Of a stretch of DNA of 51,373 bases, positions 25,226 through 34,183 are shown in pieces (position 1 is the stretch's first letter; each line of letters opens with the position of its first letter). The stretch spans positions 1-51,373 of the forward strand of contig JAJYPS010000003.1 of assembly GCA_021795215.1 (NCBI GenBank), in the 5' to 3' direction. Below the pieces are notes generated by a model, which was not told where the DNA came from, did no database searches, and worked only from the letters and a program-made list of their open reading frames with translations. This stretch comes from Actinomycetes bacterium (lineage in GTDB: Bacteria > Actinomycetota > Acidimicrobiia > Acidimicrobiales > JAKAOS01). A program made the position numbers and the translations under genes.

Positions 25226-26470
25226 TCAGTCCAATCCGTACACTCGCAGGGCGTTGCCGGACCCCACAAGCGATCCCAGCCGGACCAGCTCCTCGTTCCC
25301 GAAGCCTGCGCTGGACAGCGGCTGCAGCACCGAGGCGAGCGCCTCCCGCCACAAGCCCACGCCCAGGTGGTACAGCTCTGCCAGCCCGAAAGCGTCGGAC
25401 GAGTACAGCACTTTGTGCCACGGCGCAAGCTCCAGAGCCTCGGCCAGGATGGCAGCCGCACGGTGGCCGGCGTGTGGGATCGCCAGGCCCACGTCCATGT
25501 AGACGTGCGGCCACACCATTGCCAGGTAGCCCGCCTGGCGGTGGTAGGGCCAGCAGTGCAACAGCATGATCGGGGAGCGCCCGTCGGCTGTCGCCCGGAT
25601 CAGCGGATCGAGCAGCGTCGGGTCCGCCGATGCCAGACGGACGTCGTTGTCCCCGAACCCCGTGTGGAACTGCACCGGAAGCCCCGAGTCCAGAGCTGCC
25701 CACACCCCGTGCGCGATCAGCACCGGATTCTCCAATCGCCATCTCCCCTGCCGGTCCGGCTCCGCCGACAGCCACTCCCTCGCTGCTTCCCTGACCTGAG
25801 CCGGGCCAGGACGGCTCCAGTCAAGTCCCAGTCCGCAGCGGTAAGCGGCGACCGACTTCCACCCCGAGACGCCGCGACACTTCTCCATCTCCTCTTCCAG
25901 CCGCTCCGCGTACGTCCTCGCCGCACGGCCGGCCATCCTGGCAGCTATGGCCCTGTTCGGTACCGCGCCGCCTTCGCCGGTTCGGCCGGTCCCGCCATCC
26001 CAGAATGTGTGGGTCGCCACCCGCTCGGCCAGAGTCTCCAACCGCGCCACCTCTGCCACTCGGCCACCGGTCCACCCCGCCATCTGGTCCACGCTGCACA
26101 ACTCGTCCGGCGCGTACCCGGTGTCGACAAGATAGGTCGACGCCCCGCCAGACATCAGCCTTCGGTGCACCTCGTCCGTCCCCAGTTCGGCCCGGCGCTC
26201 GACGTACTCGGCGATACCCGCACCGACTGGGAGGTCCAGCACCGGGGCGCACAACGCCCGGACTGCCAGTCCCAGGCCGGTGTCCGCAGCCGAGCACCCC
26301 GCTGGGGCCGCAAAGGCGCCCTCCCCAAGCAGCCGCTCGAACCGGTCGCCCCCCAGGGGCCCGGCGACCAGCTGATGGCAGTGGTGGTCCACCAGCTCCA
26401 AGTCGCGGGCGATCCCAGCTACAACGGCCGCCGTCTCGGCAACGTCGCCGCCGTCCGCATACGAGCTCAC
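25226..26470 (-). CDS. Amidohydrolase (FluG N-terminal-like; partner of GlnA3-type synthetases)
   Basis: DHHCH, KSVAAYR, QFHTGFGD, LLHCWPY, YSSDA; GTG start after GGGAG. Confidence 0.88.
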   Translation of the reverse strand: MSSYADGGDVAETAAVVAGIARDLELVDHHCHQLVAGPLGGDRFERLLGEGAFAAPAGCSAADTGLGLAVRALCAPVLDLPVGAGIAEYVERRAELGTDEVHRRLMSGGASTYLVDTGYAPDELCSVDQMAGWTGGRVAEVARLETLAERVATHTFWDGGTGRTGEGGAVPNRAIAARMAGRAARTYAERLEEEMEKCRGVSGWKSVAAYRCGLGLDWSRPGPAQVREAAREWLSAEPDRQGRWRLENPVLIAHGVWAALDSGLPVQFHTGFGDNDVRLASADPTLLDPLIRATADGRSPIMLLHCWPYHRQAGYLAMVWPHVYMDVGLAIPHAGHRAAAILAEALELAPWHKVLYSSDAFGLAELYHLGVGLWREALASVLQPLSSAGFGNEELVRLGSLVGSGNALRVYGLD

Positions 26471-26492
26471 CTCCCGGCCGGACGGCTGCCCG

Positions 26493-28022
26493 CTACCAAA
26501 CCCACCTGCTGCCGACGGCGATCTCCTCGTCGGACGACGCCGCAAAGCGCTCCAGCTCGGCCCGCCGTACAGCCGAGAAGGCATTCGCCAGCTGGTCGCC
26601 CATTGCCGACCGCAGCACCTCGCTCCGGTCCAGCTCGTCCAGCGCCTCGCCAAGCGAGCGAGGAAGGCGCATCACACCGGCAGCCTTCCTCCCGTCGTCG
26701 TCAAGCAGTGCCGGATCGACAGTCACCTCTTGCGGCAGTGTCAGTGACCGCCTCACCCCGTCGAGACCTGCAGCCAAGACAGCGCCGGTCACCAGGTACG
26801 GGTTGGCACTGGCGTCAACCACCTTCAACTCGACGTTCGCCCCCTCCGGTCCACCCCACGCTGAACCGGCAACCAGGCGCAGCGCCGCCTCTCGATTCTC
26901 CCGGCCCCAGCAGCGCCACGGAGCGGCCCATCGCTGCGGCTGCAGCCGCAGGTAGCTGGCCGCGCTGGGCGCCACCACCGCCATGAGTGCCGGCAGCGCA
27001 TCCAGGATGCCCGCCAGCCACGCCTCGCCCACAGGGTCCAGCCCCGAAGGCCGGCACCGCGCCTCGTCCGATGCCGCCCCGATCCCAATCGTGGCGGAAG
27101 ACATCACCGGAGCCAGCAAGTTGGTCGACCCTCGCCACAGCGACATGTGCAGATGAGCACCGTTGCCCACGCCCTCGGGCTCGAACGCCGGGGACAGCGA
27201 CACCCGCCACCCGTGCCTTGCCGCCACTGCCCTCAGTGTCTGGCGCACGACCACCACTTCGTCCGACGCACCAACCGGGCCCTTCGGTGCGACCGACAAC
27301 TCCATCTGCGACGGCGCATACTCCGGGTGCAGCTGCACCACCTCCACGCCCGAACCCGCCAACATCGCCAGCAGCTCACTTGAGAAGCCCGCCACGTCCA
27401 CCAGCCGTCCCATGCCGTAGGCAGGGCCGGTCGTGACCGGCACCAGCCGGTCCTCCCCCGCCACCCCATCCGGCCCCAGGCGGCCATCCTTGCCGGCGTC
27501 CAGAACCCATTCCGTCTCGAACGCCATCTTCAACTCCAGTCCTGCGGCAGCTGCCCGCTCCTGCTGGCGGTGTGCGAAGGCCCGCTGGCATCCCGGATGG
27601 GAAGAGCCGTCCAGCGCCACTCGCTCCGCAGGCGCCCACGCCCAGCCCGGCATCGCGGCCAGCGATCTCAGGGCCGCCAGGTCCGGCAGCATCCGCAAGT
27701 CGCCCACCGGCGAGCCGCCTGGTGCGATGCTGTCGTCGCCACCGAAGAAGTCAAACACCGGCGGTGCGCCTATGCCGTTGGCGGCCGCCTGAGCCAGCCG
27801 TTCGACCGGCATCGCCTTCACCCGCGCCACGCCGCTGTTGTCCACCATCGTCACCGCCACCGCGTGGATGCCGTTGCGGCGCAGTGCCTCGGCCGCCTCC
27901 AGGGCCCGGTAGGGGTCACCTGGCGACCGGGAGCCGGCGGTAGCCACACCGCTGCGATGCCCATCTCCCGTGGGCGTGTCTCGAATCAGCGAAACCTCCT
28001 CCGGCGGGACGTGGGCCGACAA
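26493..28022 (-). CDS. Glutamine synthetase-family protein, GlnA3-like (probable gamma-glutamyl-polyamine synthetase); start uncertain
   Basis: VDNSGVARVK, FETEW, LHPEYAPSQMEL, GNGAHLHMSL, WGRENREAALR, NVELKVVDASANPY. Confidence 0.85.
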   Translation of the reverse strand: MSAHVPPEEVSLIRDTPTGDGHRSGVATAGSRSPGDPYRALEAAEALRRNGIHAVAVTMVDNSGVARVKAMPVERLAQAAANGIGAPPVFDFFGGDDSIAPGGSPVGDLRMLPDLAALRSLAAMPGWAWAPAERVALDGSSHPGCQRAFAHRQQERAAAAGLELKMAFETEWVLDAGKDGRLGPDGVAGEDRLVPVTTGPAYGMGRLVDVAGFSSELLAMLAGSGVEVVQLHPEYAPSQMELSVAPKGPVGASDEVVVVRQTLRAVAARHGWRVSLSPAFEPEGVGNGAHLHMSLWRGSTNLLAPVMSSATIGIGAASDEARCRPSGLDPVGEAWLAGILDALPALMAVVAPSAASYLRLQPQRWAAPWRCWGRENREAALRLVAGSAWGGPEGANVELKVVDASANPYLVTGAVLAAGLDGVRRSLTLPQEVTVDPALLDDDGRKAAGVMRLPRSLGEALDELDRSEVLRSAMGDQLANAFSAVRRAELERFAASSDEEIAVGSRWVW

Positions 28023-28138
28023 GACCTGGACGGCGGCCCAGACACCGCGTCGTACATCCGCAATCCCTGTCCCCGTCAACCATAACCAACCGAGCCGTCC
28101 GGATGCCGGACCCGCACTGCGAAAACGCGAGGCCCCGT

Positions 28139-28180
28139 CGCAAAGAAACACAGCCGCAAAGAAACACAGCCGCAAAGAAA
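28139..28180. repeat. 16-bp tandem repeat CGCAAAGAAACACAGC x2.6
   Basis: Copies at 28139 and 28155, partial at 28171; lies in the divergent promoter region between the GlnA3-like gene and the permease. Confidence 0.9.
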
Positions 28181-28311
28181 AAGGACGGTAAATGGGGTTG
28201 GCAGGAGCCGGCTGCTGTGCTGTCATGGCAGCAGCTTTTGCCAACGGCGCCGGAAGCGGGACCAGCAGGATGTCCGGGGGACCTCGGGCCCGACAGACCG
28301 AGGAGGACACC

Positions 28312-29880
28312 GTGGCAGTTGACCAGCGGGACGACACCGGCCGAACGCCGGAGCTGAGGCGCAACCTGAAGCTGTGGCAGGTGATCGGGCTGTCGGTGGG
28401 CTTGATGGCGCCGTCGATGGCGATCAGCATCAATCCTCAGGGGGCGATCGCTGCGGTCGGGCGTGCCATCCCCCTGTCGTTCCTCATCTCGATGGTGGGA
28501 GCGCTGCTGGTCGCCTACGGCTTCTCCAGGCTGTCGCAGCACTTCCACAACTCCGGCTCCGTGCTTGGCCTGGTCGGTGCGACCCTCGGTCCCCGGGCGG
28601 GCGTCGTGGCCGCATGGTGCCTGAGTGGCACCTACCTCCTGTTCGCCCTGCTGACCGGCGTCACGGCCGGTATCTACGGCACCCTGCTGGCCCAGGCGGT
28701 CGGCATCGTCCACGGCGATCCGGCCTGGCTCCAGTACGCACTGGGCACCGTGGCGATCCTCGGGGCGGGCCTGCTGGCGGCAGTACCGACGTCGAAGGCG
28801 ACCGACATGATCCTGTCCTTCGAGGGCGTCACCGTCAGCCTGATCGCCGTCGTGGCGGTCGTCGTGCTGGCAGAGTTGATCGGCCGCAGCGGTCCAGGTC
28901 ACCTGCCTTTCACCTGGAGCGTGTTCGCGCCGGCCAAGGGCACAACCGTGTCCAACGTGTTCCTCGGCGTCGTGTTCGGCTTCCTGTCCTTCGGCGGGTT
29001 CGAGGCCGCTGCGGCGCTGGGCGGCGAGGCAGCCAAGCCCCGCCGCGACATACCGAGGGCGCTGTTGGGCACCGTCGGGGCGATCGGCGTGTTCTACGTT
29101 GCCATCAGCGCGATCGAGGTGATGGGCTTCGGCACGACAAAGGCCGGCCTGGCGCACTTCGCAGCCTCGCCGGCCCTGCTCGGCACGCTCGGGCAGACCT
29201 ACGTCGCCCCCTGGTTCGGTGACCTGATCATGCTGGGCACCGTCGTAAGCGCTTTCGGGTGCAGCATGGCCTCCGCGGTGGGAGCTTCCAGGATGATCTA
29301 CTCCTTCGCCCGGGACGGCTTGTCGCCCTCCCATCCGCTGGCTCGTCTGTCTCCCCGGTGGGCCACTCCCATTCCGGCGGTGTCGGTCGTCGTCGGCACC
29401 GAGATCGTCGTCGAGATCGCCTTGGCGGCGATCGTCGGCGCGGCGCCGCTGTCGCTGTTCGCCTGGGCCGGGTTCGTGTCGACCCTGCTGCTGCTCGTCG
29501 CGTACGGCCTCGTCACCGTCGGGGCGGGACTGTTCCTCGTCTTCAGGGCACCCGCCTCGGGCAAGCCGGCCAGTGCCGTGACCAGGGTGGCCGATGCACT
29601 CGTGCCCCTGGCCGGCCTGGCCCTCCTGGCGTACACCATCTACCGCAACCTGGTTCCCTACCCGACCGGCCCTGACGCCTGGCTGCCCGTGGTCTCGGCT
29701 GCATGGCTGGCCATCTCCCTCGGCTACGTCGTCCTTTCGCCCGCCTCCAGCCGTCGCCTGGGACAGCGGATGGTGCTGGACGAGGGGCTCGGCTCCGACT
29801 CCGGCTCGGTCGCTCCGCTCCGCACGACGGGATCGGTCGGAGGCGGAGTGTCGCCTGCCGCGCCTGGCGCCGCCCGTTGA
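28312..29880 (+). CDS. APC-superfamily permease (candidate polyamine/amine importer)
   Basis: GTG start after AGGAGG; LSVGLMAPSMAISINP, FGGFEAAAALGGEAAKPRRDIP, SRMIYSFARDG. Confidence 0.9.
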   Translation: MAVDQRDDTGRTPELRRNLKLWQVIGLSVGLMAPSMAISINPQGAIAAVGRAIPLSFLISMVGALLVAYGFSRLSQHFHNSGSVLGLVGATLGPRAGVVAAWCLSGTYLLFALLTGVTAGIYGTLLAQAVGIVHGDPAWLQYALGTVAILGAGLLAAVPTSKATDMILSFEGVTVSLIAVVAVVVLAELIGRSGPGHLPFTWSVFAPAKGTTVSNVFLGVVFGFLSFGGFEAAAALGGEAAKPRRDIPRALLGTVGAIGVFYVAISAIEVMGFGTTKAGLAHFAASPALLGTLGQTYVAPWFGDLIMLGTVVSAFGCSMASAVGASRMIYSFARDGLSPSHPLARLSPRWATPIPAVSVVVGTEIVVEIALAAIVGAAPLSLFAWAGFVSTLLLLVAYGLVTVGAGLFLVFRAPASGKPASAVTRVADALVPLAGLALLAYTIYRNLVPYPTGPDAWLPVVSAAWLAISLGYVVLSPASSRRLGQRMVLDEGLGSDSGSVAPLRTTGSVGGGVSPAAPGAAR

Positions 29881-29903
29881 TCCAGGTGCGCGGGCTCCCG
29901 CCC

Positions 29904-29956
29904 GGCGCCGGAACGGCGACGGCTGGGACGTGGGCGCCGGAACGGCGACGGCTGGG
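29904..29956. repeat. 24-bp direct repeat GGCGCCGGAACGGCGACGGCTGGG x2 (29-bp period)
   Basis: Exact copies at 29904 and 29933. Confidence 0.9.
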
Positions 29957-30145
29957 CGGCCACGAGACCGACGCGGCGTGGCACCCTGTACTGCAACGCA
30001 GGAGGACGGGGTATATGAATAGTGGCCGACCTGTGCGCCGCGTGGGGAGCGTGTCGAGGCTGTGTGTGGCCTGCACGCCTTCGCCGGACGACCGGTAGGG
30101 GCGCATTCGGACGGCCTGGGGCCGGGAGCACGGAGGTGGTACGGC

Positions 30146-31339
30146 ATGGCGAGAAGGCTCCGACTGGGCACTCTTCTGGGGGTGCGTTTCACCGCCGGCT
30201 GGTCGTTCCTGGCGATCACCGGCTTGCTGGCGCTCGGGTTGGCAAAGGGGCTCCTTCCCGCCGAGGCTCCAGGGCAGGCCGCACCGTGGTATTGGATTGC
30301 CGGGATCGCCACCGCGATCGCCTTCGTGGCTGCGGTGGCCCTCCACGAGCTGGCACACGCCTTGGCGGCCAGACGCCAGGGAATCGAGGTCAAGTCAGTG
30401 ACCCTGTGGATGTTGGGCGGTCACACCGAACTGAACGAGAGTCCGTCCTCTCCCCGCGCGGAGCTGCGGATCTCCTCCGCCGGGCCGACAACCAGCCTGG
30501 TGCTAGGGGCTGTTCTGGCCGGTGTGGCCTGGGCCGCCCACCAGAGCGGCTCCCCTCGCCTCGCGGTTCTTTCCCTGGCGTGGCTGGGCAGCATGAACAT
30601 TCTGCTGGCAGGACTAAACCTGCTGCCCGCTTCTCCGCTCGACGGAGGCAAACTGCTTCATTCGGTCGTGTGGAAGCTCAGTGGCGACAGGGCCCGCGCC
30701 TCCAGTGCGGCTTCCAGCAGCGGACAGGTCGTTGGTTGGGTCATGGCGGCGTCCGGGGTCGTCGCCGTGGCGGCCGGCTACCTGGCAGGCGTCTGGCTCG
30801 CTTTCACCGGGTGGATGATCGCCGCCGCAGCGGCAGCGGAAGGACGGCAGGAAGCGGCTCGGTCGGCCCTCGAAGGCCTGTCTGCGGCCGACGTCATGCT
30901 CCCTGCACCGGTCAGGCTGCCGGCCTGGCTGACCGTGCAGGCGGTCGTAGACGACAAGCTGGTCGGGCTGGACCGCCCCGCCCTGCCGATCGAGTCGTGG
31001 GGCGGGGAGCTCGCCGGAGTGGTGGCGGTCGACCAGCTCGCAGCCGTGCCGGAGGACCGGCGGCGCAGCGTCCGGGTGCAGGATGTGGCATGGCCCGCTG
31101 CGGTCGTGCCGACCGTCGCTCCGACCACTCCGGCATCGGACGTCTTGAGCCGGCTCCAAGGCGGTGCACCGTGGGCCGTCGTCGTGGCGCCCGAGGAAGC
31201 TGGTCCGATGCGGGACGGGAACCACCGGGGCGACCTGCGGCCGGTCGGCCTGGTATCGGCGTACGAACTGACCAGCAGGATTGCGACCTCCCGCCGCAGA
31301 GCTCCGGTCGGACGGAACGGCCAAGGCAGGGCGGCATAG
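30146..31339 (+). CDS. Site-2 protease (M50) with C-terminal CBS pair
   Basis: LHELAH (HExxH), NLLPASPLDGG, then CBS-like repeats (LSAADVM..., VRVQDVA...). Confidence 0.9.
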   Translation: MARRLRLGTLLGVRFTAGWSFLAITGLLALGLAKGLLPAEAPGQAAPWYWIAGIATAIAFVAAVALHELAHALAARRQGIEVKSVTLWMLGGHTELNESPSSPRAELRISSAGPTTSLVLGAVLAGVAWAAHQSGSPRLAVLSLAWLGSMNILLAGLNLLPASPLDGGKLLHSVVWKLSGDRARASSAASSSGQVVGWVMAASGVVAVAAGYLAGVWLAFTGWMIAAAAAAEGRQEAARSALEGLSAADVMLPAPVRLPAWLTVQAVVDDKLVGLDRPALPIESWGGELAGVVAVDQLAAVPEDRRRSVRVQDVAWPAAVVPTVAPTTPASDVLSRLQGGAPWAVVVAPEEAGPMRDGNHRGDLRPVGLVSAYELTSRIATSRRRAPVGRNGQGRAA

Positions 31340-31422
31340 TCTGGCTCCGGCGGGGCACCGCGCAGCTGTCGGTCGTCCGGGCAGCCGATAGCCCACACGC
31401 TTGAGCCGACGGAGGAGTCTAA

Positions 31423-32676
31423 GTGAACGTGCAGCAGTTGAAGGGTTCCACGGTGGGCTTCCTCGCGTCAGGGGGCTTGGACAGCGTCACGATCACGAGG
31501 TGGCTGACCGACAACGGGGTGAACGTGGTCAGCTTCACTGCCGACTTGGGCCAGCCGGACGAGCCAGACCTGGAGGCGGTCCGTCACCGGATGCTCGGTT
31601 CCGGAGCGGTCGACGCGGTGGTGCTGCCGCTGCGGACCGAGATAGCGGAGGCCGGCCTAGCCGCAGTGCAGGCGCAGGCCCGTTACGAAGGTGGTTACTG
31701 GAACACGACTCCGCTCGGCCGGTACGTGACCGTGCGGGGCGTGCTGCCGGAGTTGGCACGACGGGGCATCTCGGTCCTGAGCCACGGCGCCACCGGTCGA
31801 GGCAACGACCAGGTCCGTTTCCAGCTGATAACCAACATGCTTGCGCCCGAGGTGTCGATCTACGCCCCTTGGCGCGACCCGGCCTTCGTGGATGCCTTCG
31901 GTGGCCGGGACGAGATGCTGGCCTACTGCTCCCAGAAGGGGCTCCCGGTGGACACCTCGCCGCGGACGCTGTACTCCAACGACGCCAACCTCCTGGGTCT
32001 CACCCACGAAGCGGGGCGGCTGGAGTCTCTCGACACGCCGGAGACGTTCATCTCCCCCGGCATGGGCGTCCACCGGACGGCGGCGCCCGATCGACCGGAG
32101 CGCGTCGAGATCCGTTTCGAACGGGGACGTCCCGCACTGGTCAACGGCAAGTCCTTCGCAGATCCCGCAGATGTGCTGGCCGAGCTGAACTCCATCGCCG
32201 GACGGAATGCCGTGGGGATCGCTCTTCACCTGGTGGAGAACCGCTTCGTCGGCGTCAAGTCCCGGGGCATCTACGAGGCTCCGGGAATGGAGTTGCTGGG
32301 CGAGGCGTACGCTCTGCTGCTGCAACTGCTCCTGGACCGCCGCGCCTTGCGGGTGTTCGACTTCTGCTCCGCGTTCCTCGGAGAGCAGCTCTACCAGGCC
32401 AACGGAGAGGACTTTGCCTCCAGCCTCGCATGGAGCGCGATCGATCGGGTCACCGCCCTGGCGACCGGCACCATAACGGTCGACCTCTACAAGGGCCACG
32501 TCGGGTTCGTGGCGGCGGACGACGTGCCCCATTCGCTGTACGTCGAAGAGAACTCGTCCATGGCCAACGTCGGTGACTTCGACCACGTCGACTCGGAGGG
32601 GCTTCTCCGGGTGCTCGGGATCGGAGCCAAGGTCGCAGCCCTGAAAGGCCAGGTCCCCAACACGCTCCCGGGATAG
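31423..32676 (+). CDS. argG: Argininosuccinate synthase (divergent clade)
   Basis: FLASGGLDS, TADLGQPD, YEGGYW, SHGATGRGNDQVRF, YSNDANL, ENRFVGVKSRGIYEAPG. Confidence 0.9.
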   Translation: MNVQQLKGSTVGFLASGGLDSVTITRWLTDNGVNVVSFTADLGQPDEPDLEAVRHRMLGSGAVDAVVLPLRTEIAEAGLAAVQAQARYEGGYWNTTPLGRYVTVRGVLPELARRGISVLSHGATGRGNDQVRFQLITNMLAPEVSIYAPWRDPAFVDAFGGRDEMLAYCSQKGLPVDTSPRTLYSNDANLLGLTHEAGRLESLDTPETFISPGMGVHRTAAPDRPERVEIRFERGRPALVNGKSFADPADVLAELNSIAGRNAVGIALHLVENRFVGVKSRGIYEAPGMELLGEAYALLLQLLLDRRALRVFDFCSAFLGEQLYQANGEDFASSLAWSAIDRVTALATGTITVDLYKGHVGFVAADDVPHSLYVEENSSMANVGDFDHVDSEGLLRVLGIGAKVAALKGQVPNTLPG

Positions 32677-32744
32677 CCGACATGCCGCCTCCGCTCGCCG
32701 GACCTGCCAAATGACCGAACAGTGCCTACTGTGCCAACTGCCGA

Positions 32745-32809
32745 CAGCACGACGGGCCAGCACGATGGAGCAGCACGACGGGCCAGCACGACGGAGCAGC
32801 ACGACGGAA
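32745..32809. repeat. 5 x 13-bp tandem repeat CAGCACGACGG(GC/AG/AA) with 26-bp higher order
   Basis: Units at 32745, 32758, 32771, 32784 and 32797. Confidence 0.93.
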
Positions 32810-33108
32810 AGGAAATCGTTGGCGGTGCGGTCGTACGACACAAGCGCCTACGTCATCCGTTCGAGCGGTGGGAACCTCGTCGCGCAGCCCGTCTTGCCTG
32901 GCCAGCTGATCGGCGTGCATCCCGCCCTGGAACGGTTGGCCTCGGAGAGTCTCGCCGGGCAGGCAGCCAGGCAGAGAGCCGGGCAGGCAGCCGCCCATCC
33001 AGCCGGCCATCCCGCCTGGCAGGACGCTGGGCATCCCCTGACAGGGTGCTGTCGGCTTCACGGGACCGGCCGTGGTCCATGCTCGCATCCGGCAAGGGGC
33101 GAAGTAAC

Positions 33109-33471
33109 GTGAACGACGGCGCCGGCCGGCCACCGAAGCCGGATGTCGGTTCGTCGGCCTTCTTCGCACTGGACATCCGGGTGGGTCGGGTGCTCGAAGT
33201 CGAGGCGTTCCCGGAGGCCCGCAAGCCTGCATGGAAGCTCCGGGTCGACTTCGGGCCGCAGGTGGGCGAGCTCCGCACCAGCGCCCAGGTCACCAACTTC
33301 TCCAGAGAGCAGCTGTTGGGCCGTCTGGTGGTCGGCGCAGTCAATCTGGGCCCGAAGAGGATCGCAGGCTTCGTGAGCCAGTTCCTGATCCTCGGAGCGA
33401 CTCGTCCCGACGGGACGGTTCTGCTGCTGGACGTGCCCAGTGGCGCCGAGCCCGGCGACCCCGTGGAGTGA
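33109..33471 (+). CDS. csaA: tRNA-binding protein / secretion chaperone CsaA
   Basis: FFALDIRVGRV...FPEARKPAWKLRVDFG...SAQVT...NLGPKRIAGFVSQFLILGA. Confidence 0.9.
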   Translation: MNDGAGRPPKPDVGSSAFFALDIRVGRVLEVEAFPEARKPAWKLRVDFGPQVGELRTSAQVTNFSREQLLGRLVVGAVNLGPKRIAGFVSQFLILGATRPDGTVLLLDVPSGAEPGDPVE

Positions 33472-33575
33472 GATGGCTGCTCCGGTGGAAGACGCGGTCA
33501 CCTGTGGCGGGACCGCCGTATGGACGGCGCGGAGCGTCAGCACGTTCGCTCGTCGGTCGCCCTACTGTCGATCCG

Positions 33576-34082
33576 GTGACCAGCGACCCGACTCCCGCAC
33601 TACACCCCGCCTTGGAGCACCTCCAACCGCTCCTCGGATGTTGGACTGGCGAGGGGGAAGGCGAGTACCCCACCATCGAACCGTTCCGCTACGGAGAAGA
33701 GGTCAGGTTCTGGCACTCTGGCAAGCCGTTCCTGGCCTACAGCCAGCGCACGTGGAGCCTGGACGACGGACGTCCGCTGCACGCCGAGACGGGCTACTGG
33801 AGGGCGTCCGGCGCCCGGCAGGTCGAGGTGGTGCTGGCTCATCCGACCGGCATCGTGGAGATCGACGAGGGGGTCGTCTCGGACGGGGTGATCGACCTGC
33901 ACAGCACATTCGTCGGGTGCACCACGACGGCGAAGGCGGTCACCCAACTGAGCCGCAGGTTCGTCCTGGGCGGCCACGACGCCGCAAGTGAGGGCACAGC
34001 GGGAACGCTCAGCTACACTCTCAGCATGGCGGCAGCAGGACTTCCCCTGCAGCACCATTTGGCGGCGACACTGCACCGTTGA
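33576..34082 (+). CDS. Nitrobindin/FABP-like (DUF1794) protein
   Basis: LQPLLGCWTGEGEGEYPTI..F.YGEEVRF.H.GKPFLAYSQRTW...PLHAETGYW; C-terminal HHLAATLHR. Confidence 0.88.
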   Translation: MTSDPTPALHPALEHLQPLLGCWTGEGEGEYPTIEPFRYGEEVRFWHSGKPFLAYSQRTWSLDDGRPLHAETGYWRASGARQVEVVLAHPTGIVEIDEGVVSDGVIDLHSTFVGCTTTAKAVTQLSRRFVLGGHDAASEGTAGTLSYTLSMAAAGLPLQHHLAATLHR

Positions 34083-34183
34083 CCGTTCCGCTAGTCGCGG
34101 TAAGGGGCCGAGCCACGCGATCAGGTGCCCGGTTCGATTCGGTCAGCGTCGGTCGAGCCGCTGACGTGCGCCTCGGGCCAGCT

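Noticed and set aside
32745-32809. Short repeat arrays (also 41264-41320, 38509-38574, 50416-50463) as mini-CRISPRs
   Set aside because: Units are directly adjacent with no unique spacers, are too short, and no cas genes are present.
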